DNA from: Octopus vulgaris
Lineage: Eukaryota
DNA: 64,000 nt
NCBI GenBank assembly: GCA_951406725.2
Contig: OX597837.1
Coordinates: forward strand, 42,532,001-42,596,000
Reading direction: 5' to 3'
A program made the position numbers and the translations under genes. Within the stretch, counting starts at the first letter, position 1; each line of letters begins with the position of its first letter. Below, in pieces: positions 39,935 to 51,412 of this stretch. The notes under the pieces were generated by a model, which did no database searches, was not told where the DNA came from, and saw only the letters and a list, made by a program, of their open reading frames with translations.

Positions 39935-40421
39935 TTGCTGCTGAGACTCCCTCTATATATGTATGTATAGATATGTGTGTGTATGTGTGTGTGTATATGG
40001 ATGTGCGTGTGTGTGTGTATGTATACACCCAGCCAAACCAGACGCCAGCCTGGTACAGCTCTCTGGCTTATCAGTTCCAGTCAAACTCTCTAAACCGTGC
40101 CAGCACAGAAAACAGACACTAAATGATGATGATGATGATAGTGATTCTTTGATAGATGCAGCAGAGAAAAGTCTATGGGGGTAACTTTTGGTAGCAGCAT
40201 GGAAAAATTCCTAGTCACATCTAAGGCAACTTGGGTGGGGAAGGAGTAGCCACCCGCTCATGTGAGGGTGTATTACTCCACCATCTGTTATAACAACATG
40301 TCTGTGATGGTTGATAGAAGGGTTTGAAACACAAATATGATAAGAAAAAAAACATTTCATATGCTAAGAGTATATATAACATTTATGTAAATATATTTCT
40401 ATCATAATCACATACATAATA

Positions 40422-40695
40422 CAGTAATGACTAAATATGAGTTAATTTGTTCTTGGAGGCTGCTCGTTAAGTGAAAACTCATAAAGCAGAGCAATAATTT
40501 CCCATAATAGCAATGAAATTTTATGCCGTCATTTTACTCCGTCACTGGCAGATGTGTCAGAACCATTGTTGCCACATGTTGCTATGTTGTCGCACACACA
40601 AAATAGCTGTTTAACCGTTTTATATTTATTATAGAATAAAAACTCGTAAACCTGGGGTCTTGTAAAGCAGGTCCTCGTAAAGAGAGGGATTACTG
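40422..40695. mobile_element. Decayed Tigger/pogo-type non-autonomous element
   Basis: TA|CAGTAAT… left end, …CTCGTAAAGAGAGGGATTACTG right end, repeated AAAACTCGTAAA subterminal motifs and TTTCCCATA. Confidence 0.55.
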
Positions 40696-40901
40696 TGCAT
40701 ATATAGATGTACCCACAAATAAAAGAGTGAAAGATTGACAAATAAGAGAGGGGTTGGGGTGAGCAACTTAGACAATTCATGAAATGAAAAGCACAAGATA
40801 ATATGAAACTAATGAATGTGTGGTATTTTGTGTAAGAGAGCAAACTCTAAAATTAATGAGTATATACACACACACTCAACAACTGCAATAAGGAATCTAA
40901 T

Positions 40902-41219
40902 GCGCTTGGCTTAGATTTTCCTTTGGGGCTGGCCAGATCGGAGCAATCAAAAATCAAGATTAATCAGCCGAAATTGCGAAGATGATCCGGTTCTTGACTG
41001 AAGATTGAAGGCTTCGAATGTTCCGTCCGTGTTGGCAATTTTTTTCCTCCATCTTCCCTTCTCTGCATCTTTCCTTTTCCTATGTTTCTGACGAAGAGCT
41101 CCGCTCGAAATGTTAAACCCTCCTTCTTCCCTTCCTTTCTGAGCGTCCAATAATACTATATTTGTTCCACGTCCTCACGTTGTTGTGTTTTCTCTTTGTG
41201 TTTTCAAGTTTGGATTAAC
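40902..41219 (+). mobile_element. Penelope-like element 3' tail (pseudo-LTR) ending in (TA)n
   Basis: Contains a hammerhead-like motif and ends GTTTGGATTAAC-(TA)n. A second copy is at 43480-43685. Confidence 0.65.
41084..41118 (+). ncRNA. Minimal type I hammerhead ribozyme motif
   Basis: GTTT-CTGACGA-A-GAGC(TCC)GCTC-GAAA-TGT-T-AAAC. Stem I is GTTT/AAAC and stem II is GAGC/GCTC. The sister copy has a palindromic ACGT stem III. Confidence 0.65.
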
Positions 41220-41242
41220 TATATATATATATATATACACAT

Positions 41243-41364
41243 ATATATAAGACAAGGTATAAATAATGGTCATTATTTTTTTTTCCTTTATTAGAGCAAA
41301 TTTGAAGCCATATTTGCTCTAGTAAAAGGGGAAATGACTGTTGTCTATAACTTGTCTTATATAT
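41243..41364. repeat. ~120-nt imperfect hairpin
   Basis: Outer arms ATATATAAGACAAG/CTTGTCTTATATAT, inner arms TAGAGCAAAT/ATTTGCTCTA, 10-nt loop. Confidence 0.85.
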
Positions 41365-41617
41365 CGCTCTGTAAAAATCAGTTTGATTGGAGCCCGACCA
41401 CAGATTTACAATACAGAATAGTGATGAACCATAACCTTGGATCCTGCCATAAGAACACTTGGAGTTCTTCCCGAATCTAAGTAATATTGTTAGTCTGGTT
41501 GTGCCAACAGAGGGCTTATGATGTATTTTGCCCAGATTGATAATCCCTCATCATTAGCTATATATATATATATATATAATGGATTGAAAAGATCTTTTGG
41601 GAGAGAAAAGGACGAAG

Positions 41618-41684
41618 GCTGCCTGGGGGACTCGAACATACATCTGTAAATGTGGAAAAGTGTTCTACCACTGGGCAAAAGCAA
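41618..41684 (-). pseudogene. Decayed tRNA-like sequence or SINE head
   Basis: Minus strand TGCCCAGTGGTAGAACAC…GTTCGAGTCCCCCAGGCAGC (A- and B-box-like). The stems are poor. Confidence 0.4.
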
Positions 41685-42854
41685 TCCTTCAAAATTCTTT
41701 TTCCATTTTAGAAACTTTATTCTTACCAGTGAGAGTTGTATGCTGTTGACGTCAGTTTCTGCCACTAAATCCGCTCACAAGGCTTTGATTGTCCAGGGGT
41801 TATAATAGAAGACATTTACATGAGACGCTGTGCAGTAAGACCGAATCCAAAACCATCTGATTGGGAAACAGACTTTGTAACCAAAACAGTAGAGAAAATA
41901 TGAACTATGCAAGTCATGGGAGCCTGCTTAAGAGAATGATATTTCCACTAAAAAAAAAAATGTTAGTTTTGTTTCGGGGATAGGAAAGTTGGGGCGGGGG
42001 GATACAAATAATACTATTCTTTTGGTTTGTTTGCATGTTATTTAGTTACTCTATAACAATATCATTTTGTTTATTCACATTTGTTTAAAAGTGATAATGT
42101 TGAATAGATGAGATTTAACAAATAGTATTCATCCCCATATATAGATTTAATACCATTAACAAAAAAAAAACCTTCAAAAAATGGAAAAATGTACATTAAG
42201 CAATCTTTTAGAAATATTTAATGAATGTATGTCAGATAGAATTTTTAAAAAATTTATAGACTTGTAAAACAAATAGCTACATATGACAATGAAGTGCGCA
42301 CGCGTGCACACACACACACATACATACATACACACAAATGAATTAATAAATATATAAATAAAAAAGTATTTTAAAAATGCTCAAAGCAAAATAAAGCATT
42401 GCTGATAGAATAAATATTAAATTTTATCAGAAATAAGCAACCAGTTTTTAGTAACTGTCCAGACAAATTACTTACACCTTTCAAAAGCCATACAGTTTTT
42501 CAAGATATTGAATTTCATTGCCATTGCTGGCGAACTATGGTTTCCATAGCACATAGAACCAAAACATCATTTCAGCTGCCAATTGTAAAAATGAAAAGTT
42601 AACTGTGTTGACAACTTAATTTCAACTAGCAAAGAATGGAACTGTTCTCATTTCTCACCTTTTCTTTCTCTCTGTCTATCTCTATCTTACTTTGCCTCTT
42701 GGCACCAAATTTCATAAACATCAACCTAATAATACTTTTAAAATACATTTTGATTTCTACACATCAAATCTCAGTAATAATATTAACTGTCTTTCTGAGA
42801 CAGGTGGGTCTGATATACACATACACGCAAACGTGTGTGTGTCTGTGTGTCATT

Positions 42855-43212
42855 TAGTCATTTGACTGTGGTCATACTGGAGTACCACCTTTAGTAGAAC
42901 AAATCAACCCCAGCATTTATTCTTTGTAAGCTCGGTACTTATTCTATCAGTCTCTTTTGTCGAACTGCTAAGTTATGGGGACGTAAACACACCACTGTCG
43001 GTTGTCAGACGATGGTGGGGGAACAAGCACAGAGACTCACACAAATACACACACACACACACACAACAGGCTTCTTTCAGTTTCCGTCTACCAAATCCAC
43101 TCGCAAGGCTTTGGCCGGCCCGAGACTATAGAAGAAGATACTTGCCCAAGGTGTCACGCAGTGGAACTGAGCCCAGAACCATGTGGTTGGGAAGCAAGCT
43201 TCTTACCACACA
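42855..43212 (-). mobile_element. SINE family A, near full length
   Basis: GGCTTCTTTCAGTTTCCGTCTACCAAATCCACTC…ACTTGCCCAAGGTG…CAGAACCATGTGGTTGGGAAGCAAGC. Confidence 0.9.
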
Positions 43213-43479
43213 GACACTATACCTTTCATCTTTTTCTTTTACTACCTGTTTCAGTCAATAGAGTATAGGTATCACCTATGGCCATCACCCTGAAGAATGT
43301 CTGTCGAATTAAACCCAGTACTTTTCTGTCTTTTTAAGCCTGGTACTTTCTGCTATTGGTCTCTTTTGGCAAACTGCTAAATTGCAAGAATGTAAATACA
43401 TTAACACCCGCTGTCAAGCAGTGTTGGAGGGGTTGAACCCAGACACAAATACACACATAGATACTTACATACATATATA

Positions 43480-43680
43480 TTTCAAAATGTAACCTTGTGT
43501 GTACCGTTGGCGATTTTTTTCCTCTGTCTTCCCTTCTCTGGATCTTTCCTTCTCCTATGTTTCCAACGAAGAGCTCGATTCGAAACGTTAAACCCTCCTT
43601 CTTTCCTGAGCGTCCAATAATACTATATTTGTTCCACGTCCTCGCGCTGTTGTGTTTTTTTTGTGCTTTCTTGTTTGGAT

Positions 43681-43685
<5 letters not shown>
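43480..43685 (+). mobile_element. Second Penelope-like tail in (TA)n, with a mutated hammerhead motif at 43559-43593
   Basis: GTTTCCAACGAAGAGCTCGATTCGAAACGTTAAAC. Aligns to 41027-41219. Confidence 0.7.
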
Positions 43686-43716
<31 letters not shown>

Positions 43717-43963
43717 CATATACATACACATATATATACACACATTTTTTATATATATATATATATAGTCAAATAAAAAACTGAAATCACAAATAACAAA
43801 AGTCAAAAGGACATACACATGAGAATGTATTAGCTTGATGCTCAGTAAAGGTGGCAAAAAGAGTAGGTATATAATGTATCAAGCAAAGCTCTTTGTCAGA
43901 AAGAGAAAAGAAAAATCCGGAGAAGAAAATAGTCCAAGCACATATGTGGTTACATGGTTGAAG

Positions 43964-44003
<40 letters not shown>

Positions 44004-44978
44004 TCATCATCGTTTAACGTCTGCCATCCAAGCCTGGCATGTGCTGGACATTTTCACAGGAGCTGACCAGGTGGAAAACTACCCCAGGCTAATGAGTCTT
44101 GATATTTTGTGTAGAGATGAATGGTCGATAAGTCTCAGGGGTTGATGGACGGGGGTGGTCAATAAAGGTTTAAAGGTTGCAATAATTATTTTAGATTAAA
44201 ACATTGAAAAGAAAGGAAAGGTTAAACGACCTTCTTTTATTCCTAGCTAAAATTATGACCTAATAATTATAATTTAAGCAAACCTTTTAGTGAAATATTC
44301 TGAATTTAATTAGTTAAAAAATAAATTCATATTTAATTAAACCAACAATCAATAATTTTCCTAAAATAATATTACACATTTTAAGCATTAATCTAAGACA
44401 GCCCCACTGTTGCTTGACGTATAATTTTTTTGAAAACCTCCCCTACAGCATGAATATGTGTGAATACATGTATATATGCACACACATGCACAAGTCCATA
44501 CATGGTATCACTTCCTGGATCTATGGGAGTTTCATGAAAAAATTTTGAGGTTGGGGTGGGGTCAACATAATGAAAGGTCTTCAAATTTTCGCTATAAGGT
44601 CCCATGGCAATTAACTTCTGAGGCAGTACATTTCTCAAGTATTTAGGTGAAGCCAAAGCAAAAAGTTCAGTCATGCAAAAAAACAAAATTTAAAAAAAAA
44701 ATTCAATTTTCAGATTAATCAGGCAACAAATTAGATTTCCACTGAATGTGAAAAGGAAAAAAATTTTAATGTGAATTAATTTAATGACTATGTACGGCTG
44801 TTTGGTTAAGGGGCTTGGTTCCCAGCCAGGTAGTTTAGGTTGAGTCTCAGTGCACAGCACCTTGAGCAAGTGTCATGTTCTCTGGCACAGAGCTGACGAA
44901 AGCTTCATGAGTGGATTTGGGAGAGGGAAACTTAAAGCTCATTTTATACATATCTATATCTATATATATATCTATATA

Positions 44979-45022
<44 letters not shown>

Positions 45023-45062
45023 TATATATATAGATATATATATATATATGTATATATATATA

Positions 45063-45183
45063 TTGGCGTTAGGAAGGTCATCCAGCTGTAGAAACTCTGC
45101 CAGATCAAGACTGGAGCTTGGTGCAGCCATCTGGCTCGCCAGCCCACAGTCAAACTGTCCAACCCATGCCAGCATGGAAAGCA
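45063..45183 (+). mobile_element. SINE family C 3' fragment
   Basis: TTGGCGTTAGGAAGGTCATCCAGCTGTAGAAAC…CCAACCCATGCCAGCATGGAAAGC. Confidence 0.85.
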
Positions 45184-45557
45184 TACATGCACACACATAC
45201 ACACATATATACACACACATACACAGACATATACACACATATATACACACACATATATATATACTCACATACACACACACATACACAGAGTTTCAACGAG
45301 TATATGTGCACCCATGTATATATGTATATATATTTTTACACACATACACTCAAGCACATTCTCCTCATGGAAACATATTATCTTTTTCTCTTTACAAATA
45401 CATTCTATCTCTCAGTATATACACAAACTCCCCTCTCGCTTTTTCTCTAACTCACTCAACTCTCCCTCCTTGCCATGCACACAAACACACACCAAATCAT
45501 TTACTTATGTTTGTAAACATACAAATACACACATATATATATATATATGACAAAGCT

Positions 45558-45746
45558 TCACAGAATGATAGCGATTGTAAGTGATAAAAGACTGACCACT
45601 AAGTGGCAGTTTGCAAATGATGCTGTCAGGCAAAAAGTACTGTGTAGTGGCGTCTGATCACAATTACTGGTTTTCAACAGAGCAAAGCAGACATTGATAT
45701 CATTAATGCTAGGTAAATGTAGGTTAATAGGTTGGTCTGTTATTGA
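45558..45746 (-). CDS. Candidate terminal exon; the phase-0 frame ends in a hydrophobic tail (…[17 protein letters not shown])
   Basis: Minus strand GACTAAC branch-point consensus followed by TTGTTGGTTCTTTCAG|. Frame unproven. Confidence 0.25.
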   Translation of the reverse strand, partial: SITDQPINLHLPSINDINVCFALLKTSNCDQTPLHSTFCLTASFANCHLVVSLLSLTIAIIL

Positions 45747-45879
45747 CTGAAAGAACCAACAATTGACCAAAAGTCTGTTAGTCCCAATACAGTCTAGCCT
45801 AAACAGTTTCATATCGTATTAATGTTTCTCTAGATCAAGAACATATCATTCAATCAATCACCTGCTCTACCAAAGGCAA

Positions 45880-46140
45880 ATACATACATACATACATACA
45901 TACATACATACACACACACAAACTATATACTTTTCTATACACATACACACATTTAGACACACATATATAAAATATGCTTTTTATATATCCACAGACACAC
46001 ATATATTTGCATATATATATATATATATATACATACATATATATATACATACATACATATATATATATATACATACATATATATATACATACATACATAT
46101 ATACATACATACATACATATATACATACATACATACATAC

Positions 46141-46201
<61 letters not shown>

Positions 46202-46218
46202 CATACATATATATATAT

Positions 46219-46287
<69 letters not shown>

Positions 46288-46290
46288 TAA
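45880..46290. repeat. (TACA)/(TA)n compound microsatellite
   Basis: Direct reading. Confidence 0.95.
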
Positions 46291-46636
46291 ATACTGTACA
46301 TTTTTACACATGCACACACACACACATACTCGGCAATACCTCAATTGAAGAAGTGAATGTTTTCATTTTCTCTTTTCTTCATTCATTCATTATCAGAAAC
46401 CACGTTATCAGAGGAAGGTAAAACATACTTTTTATTGCAGATAAGTTCTTTTTATTATTGGAAATAATATACTCACCTTAGAACATACGCAGACATACAT
46501 AAAGCAGGCCCACAATGCTCTATGTCTATATTTATTTACACGAGAAAGAATTCCTTTAAACAAAATTACATGCAATTCAATCAAAAAATATACACACATT
46601 ACGTACAATAAAATTCTTTATACAAAAATTATACAT

Positions 46637-47025
46637 GCGGTATGGCTGTGTGGTTAAGAAGCTTGTTTTGCAACCATGTGGGTTTCAGGTTCAGTCCCAC
46701 ATAGCACCTTGTCAAAGTATTTTCAATTAGCCCCTCCCCACCAGGCCAACCAATGTCTTGTGAATGAATTTGGTGGCCAGAAACTGTGTGGAAGCCCTTT
46801 GTATATATATACACATACATACACAAACTTATGTATGTGCCGGTGTGTTTCTTACCACTGCTTGATAACCATCGTTGGTTTGTTTACATCCCCAGTAGAG
46901 TATGAGAGAATAAGTACTAGACCTTAAAAAGAAAAGTACTAGGGTGATTTGTTCAACTAAAAACCCTTCAAGGTGGGTGTTCCAGCATGGCCACAGTCCA
47001 GACTGAAACAAGTAAAAGTTAAGAG
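46637..47025 (+). mobile_element. SINE family A
   Basis: ATGGCTGTGTGGTTAAGAAGC…GGTTCAGTCCC…CCAGCATGGCCACAGTC…CTGAAACAAGTAAAAG. Confidence 0.85.
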
Positions 47026-47665
47026 ATAATAATGTTTGAGGAAAGAGCTATTCACTAAACAAATTTTGTGCGACCCAGGCTTTTTCTGATTTGCAACAAC
47101 ACAGAGGTTAGATGCAGAGATACCCTTCCTTGCTCTTGGAGTATCAGAATGGTAAAAAAAAAACCCCAAAAAAAACAACAACAAAAAAACAATGATTTAA
47201 GTTCCAAATTCCAGAGAGATTTTTCCCCAAATGGGAATATGAAACTATAGTTTACACTGATGCTGGTGCCATGCAAAATGTCACATAATATGCACTCATC
47301 TTGGTTCCACGTAAATGCACCCATCCTGGTGACACATAGAAAGCAACCAGTACACTCCACAAGGTGAGTCACATTAGGAAGGTCATCCACCCATAGAAAC
47401 CATGGCAAAACAAGCAATTAGAACCTAGGCAGCTCTCTGGCTGACCAACTCCTGTCAGACCATCCAACCCATGCCAGCATGGAAAACAGATGATGCATGT
47501 AATGACAATGCCTCACTGTCATTGAGTTCCCTAAAGTTGATAAAATATATCTACCTGTAATATAATTGGACCCGTTTATTTGCATCCCAAGTTCAGTCAA
47601 TTCATGTAACTTCTCTTCTTCCATAATTCATATTAGGCCTGCCCCACCCTTGCTCCAATCCTTAA

Positions 47666-48149
47666 CCACTTAGCATTTAAACTGGCCATATCTGGCCCAA
47701 ATATTCTACCGGTTTTATGTTCAAACTGGCCATATCTGGCCCAAATATTCTACCGGCTTTATGTTCAAACTGGCCATATCTGGCCCAAATATTCTACCGG
47801 CTTTATGTTCAAACTGGCCATATCTGGCCCAAATATTCTACCGGTTTTATGTTCAAACTGGCCATATCAGGCCCAAATATTCTACCGGTTTTATGTTCAA
47901 ACTGGCCATATCTGGCCCAAATATTCTACCAGTTTTATGTTCAAACTGGCCATATCTGGCCCAAATATTCTACTGGTTTTATGTTCAAACTGGCCATATC
48001 AGGCCTCTCACACCAACCCAACAATATCATTCTCAAAATAGTCATTCAAATCATCAAAATCTCTAAGTTTCAAGATAATGCATGATTAATTCAAAAGACT
48101 GTGAATAACTAAGCCATACATTTGACAGAGTAATCTGAATGCTGAAGGG
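47666..48149 (+). mobile_element. piggyBac-type MITE family 2 with an expanded internal minisatellite
   Basis: TTAA|CCACTTAGCATT … AATGCTGAAGGG|TTAA. Related copies at 56848-57692 and 58026-58220. Confidence 0.88.
47677..48005 (+). repeat. 44-bp minisatellite, about 7.5 copies
   Basis: Unit ATGTTCAAACTGGCCATATCTGGCCCAAATATTCTACCGGTTTT. Starts at 47717, 47761, 47805 and so on. Confidence 0.97.
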
Positions 48150-48276
48150 TTAAAGACTTGAGATAAGCTTTACAGCTTAACTGATTTTTTTAACACCCAC
48201 GTTCTAAAATGCTTTCAAGATTTGTTTTTAACTATTGCTGTTCTAATCACAAACTGACAACTAACTTGTATCTGTT

Positions 48277-49190
48277 CATCATCATCATCATCATCATCAT
48301 TTAGCGTCCGTTTTCCATGCTAGCATGGGTTGGACGGTTCAACTGGGGTCTGGGGAGCCCGAAGGCTGCACCAGGCCAGTCAGATCTGGCAGTGTTTCTA
48401 CAGCTGGATGCCCTTCCTAACGCCAACCACTCCGAGAGTGTAGTGGGTGATTTTATGTGCCACCGACACAGGTGCCAGACGAGGCTGGCGAACGGCCACG
48501 CTCGGATGGTGTTTTTATGTGCCACCGACACAGGTGCCAGACGAGGCTGGCAGACGGCCACGCTCGGATGGTGTTTTTATGTGCCACCGACACAGGTGCC
48601 AGATGAGGCTGGCAGGTGCCAGACGAGGCTGGCAGACGGCCACGCTCGGATGGTGTTTTTATGTGCCACCGACACAGGTGCCAGATGAGGCTGGCGGACG
48701 GCCACGATCGGATGGTGTTTGTTACGTCCCCAAAGCACGGAGGCCAGTCTATGCGGTACTGGCTACGGCCACGTTCGGATGATTTTCTTGTGTGCCACCG
48801 GCACTGGTACCACAAAGATACAAATTCCATTTATGTTCATCTATTTTGATTTGTTTTGATTTGATTTGATTTGATTTTCACTTGCCTCAACAGGTCTTCA
48901 CAAGTGTCACAAGAAGGAAGGTATGCACAGGTGGACTGTCTACGTCGCCGGGTCTTCGGATGGTGTCTTTATGTGCCACCGACACAGGTGCCAGATGTGG
49001 CTGGCGAACGGCCACGATCGGATGGTTTTCTTGTGTGCCACCGGTACTGGAACCACAAAGATACAAATTCCATTGATGTTCATCTATTTTGATTTGGTTT
49101 GATTTTGATTTTCACTTGCCTCAACAGGTCTTCACAAGTGTCACGCGTGTCACACACTTGCCTCAACAGGTCTCCACAAGTGTCACACAC
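48277..49190 (-). mobile_element. SINE family C, long copy with a ~62-bp internal tandem repeat and a further ~240-bp duplication
   Basis: (CAT)n tail at 48277. Unit ATGTGCCACCGACACAGGTGCCAGACGAGGCTGGCAGACGGCCACGCTCGGATGGTGTTTTT repeats from 48455. Block 48778-48910 recurs at 49020-49144. Confidence 0.88.
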
Positions 49191-49556
49191 TTGCCTCTGC
49201 CTCAACATGAAATGATCTATTCAATATTTGAGCATTTTGTAGTAGATTTACTTCTTACGCATGACTTTAATTTACTATTTCTAAACAAACTCAACCAACT
49301 CTAAGTTTCCAAGATACTTAATGAATATACATAGATTAATTAAAAACCTCTCAGATTCTCAGTGCTACAATGGGACTATCTGATCTTTATATCTTGTGTT
49401 CTTTCTGTGTGTGTGTGTGTATGTGTGTATTTGGAAGCCAGATTGTGTGTATTTTGAAGCCAGATTGTGTGTAAATACATACACACACACATGTATATAT
49501 GCATGTATGTCTGTGTTTGTCGCTCATCAGTGCACCCCGATGCCAGCGCCGCCCCG

Positions 49557-49880
49557 ACTGGCCTCTGTGCCGGTGGCACGTAAAAAGCACCATCCGATCG
49601 TGGCTGTTGCCAGCCTCACCTGGCCTCCATACCAGTGGCACATAAAAAGCACCATCCGATCGTGGCCGTTTGCCAGCCTCGTCTGGCACCTGTGCCAGTG
49701 GCACGTAAAAAGCACCCACTACACTCATGGAGTGGTTGGCGTTAGGAAGGGCATCCAGCCGTAGAAACATTGCCAGATCAGACTGGGCCTGGTGCAGCCT
49801 TCTGGCTTCCCAGACCCCAATTGAACCGTCCAACCCATGCTAGCATGGAAAGTGGACACTTAACGATGATGATGATGATG
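49557..49880 (+). mobile_element. SINE family C
   Basis: Near-identical to 21733-22053 and begins at the same point (ACTGGCCTCTGTGCC). Confidence 0.9.
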
Positions 49881-50013
49881 ATATATATACACCATATTTG
49901 CTTATGTATAATTCATACTATTTTATATTTGAATTCAACTGAAAAAATAGGGTGTAACATATATAGGGCAAAGCTAAAACTATGAAAGGAAAAAACTTTG
50001 TACCTAGATTTAA

Positions 50014-50231
50014 CCAATTTGGAACCATATTTCTGTTAAAATGCACTACTTTTGTTTTAATTAATTTAGAAAATGACAAACAATTTAGTAAAATAACTGT
50101 CAATATCAAGCTAGTGTTTGGAACGGATTAACATGAAATTATGAAGGTAAGTTTTAATTTAGATCATTTCTAAACAAGAAATTTGTATCATAGAACCAGG
50201 AGCAATCTCGGATGGGTTAATATCAGAAGGG
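50014..50231 (-). mobile_element. Decayed piggyBac-type MITE related to family 1
   Basis: TTAA flanks, AATTTAGTAAAATAACT core, end ATCAGAAGGG|TTAA. Confidence 0.65.
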
Positions 50232-50289
50232 TTAACACTAAATTAGGAATACAACTTCTACAACATCACACATGACACACACATCTGTG

Positions 50290-50540
50290 TGTGAAGGGAC
50301 ATTATACTCACGATTCCTGGACTGGGTGACATGATGTGCTCTTGAACAAAACACTTCATTTCACATTGTTCTTGTCCACTCAACTGCAAATGAGTAATCC
50401 TTTGATGAAATAGCTTTCTGATCAGGGGAATGTTAACCTGCTCACCTAGCCTGGGCAGGTGACATCATTCAAAAGCTAAAACAATATTAAGTGCATTGTG
50501 ACCAGTGATGTGTAACAACCAATTAGTCTGATCAATACTA
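50290..50540 (+). mobile_element. SINE family D, decayed
   Basis: TGTGCTCTTGAACAAAACACTTCATTTCACATTG…CACTCAACTGCAAATGAGT. Confidence 0.6.
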
Positions 50541-50641
50541 TGATACACTTATATATATATATATATGAGTGTTACACTAATACATCTGTTTGTTTTGTAC
50601 ACCACCTGTCTTCGTCTTTTGTTTTTTTCGTAAACTCTCCC

Positions 50642-50678
<37 letters not shown>

Positions 50679-50681
50679 GTG

Positions 50682-50773
<92 letters not shown>

Positions 50774-50783
50774 GTGTATGTAT

Positions 50784-50815
<32 letters not shown>

Positions 50816-50852
50816 ATAGATATATATATGCATACATGCTTATGCTCACATA

Positions 50853-50926
50853 TGGACCGTGAAGTCTGGCGTAACATAGTAAATTCCATTGTCTCGACCA
50901 CGGTCGAACAATAATAATAATAATAA
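50853..50926 (+). mobile_element. 74-bp 5'-truncated LINE 3' end (RTE-like) with an (AAT)n tail and 12-bp TSD
   Basis: TATGCTCACATA at 50841-50852 and 50927-50938. Translates as [19 protein letters not shown]. Confidence 0.8.
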
Positions 50927-51124
50927 TATGCTCACATACAAAGAAATTATTCAAACTCTTAATTAACTGAAACACCACTACTCCCAGCTGTATCTACATC
51001 TGGCTTGAGATAACCTTCCAAAACTAAGTGCAAGATCTCTTGTCAGTCATATGGATGAAAGAAAAAAAATGATAAATTTCTACCCCAATAAAAAATTTTT
51101 ATGCTATCAGTATGTGCATAATAT

Positions 51125-51412
51125 GAGAACACATAGCCTAGTGGTTAGGGTGTTGAACTCTCGATTATGAAATTTTGATTTCAATTCCTAGACTGGGTGG
51201 TGTGTTGTGTTTTCTGGTGCGAAACACGCCATCTCATGTTGCTCTGCAATCCTTTTGACACCTGATGCATGGTGCACTTGTTGGCAACGTTGATTTGATA
51301 GAGAGAATGAGCTAATGTGCAGCACGAACATTTGATCACTATAAACAAATCATTTGTGCAGGTTGTTCGGCAAAAGCTGAACACTCATACATTGTCTTTG
51401 ATGGGAGAGTCC
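51125..51412 (+). mobile_element. SINE family D variant
   Basis: TAGCCTAGTGGTTAGGG (A box), TTTCAATTCC (B-box-like), GTGTGTTGTGTT. Confidence 0.65.

Noticed and set aside
47677-48005. 44-bp repeats as a CRISPR array, or the MFKLAISGPNIL… ORFs as a repeat protein
   Set aside because: The units are contiguous with no unique spacers, there are no cas genes, and the array lies inside a TTAA MITE. The ORFs arise only because the unit lacks stop codons.
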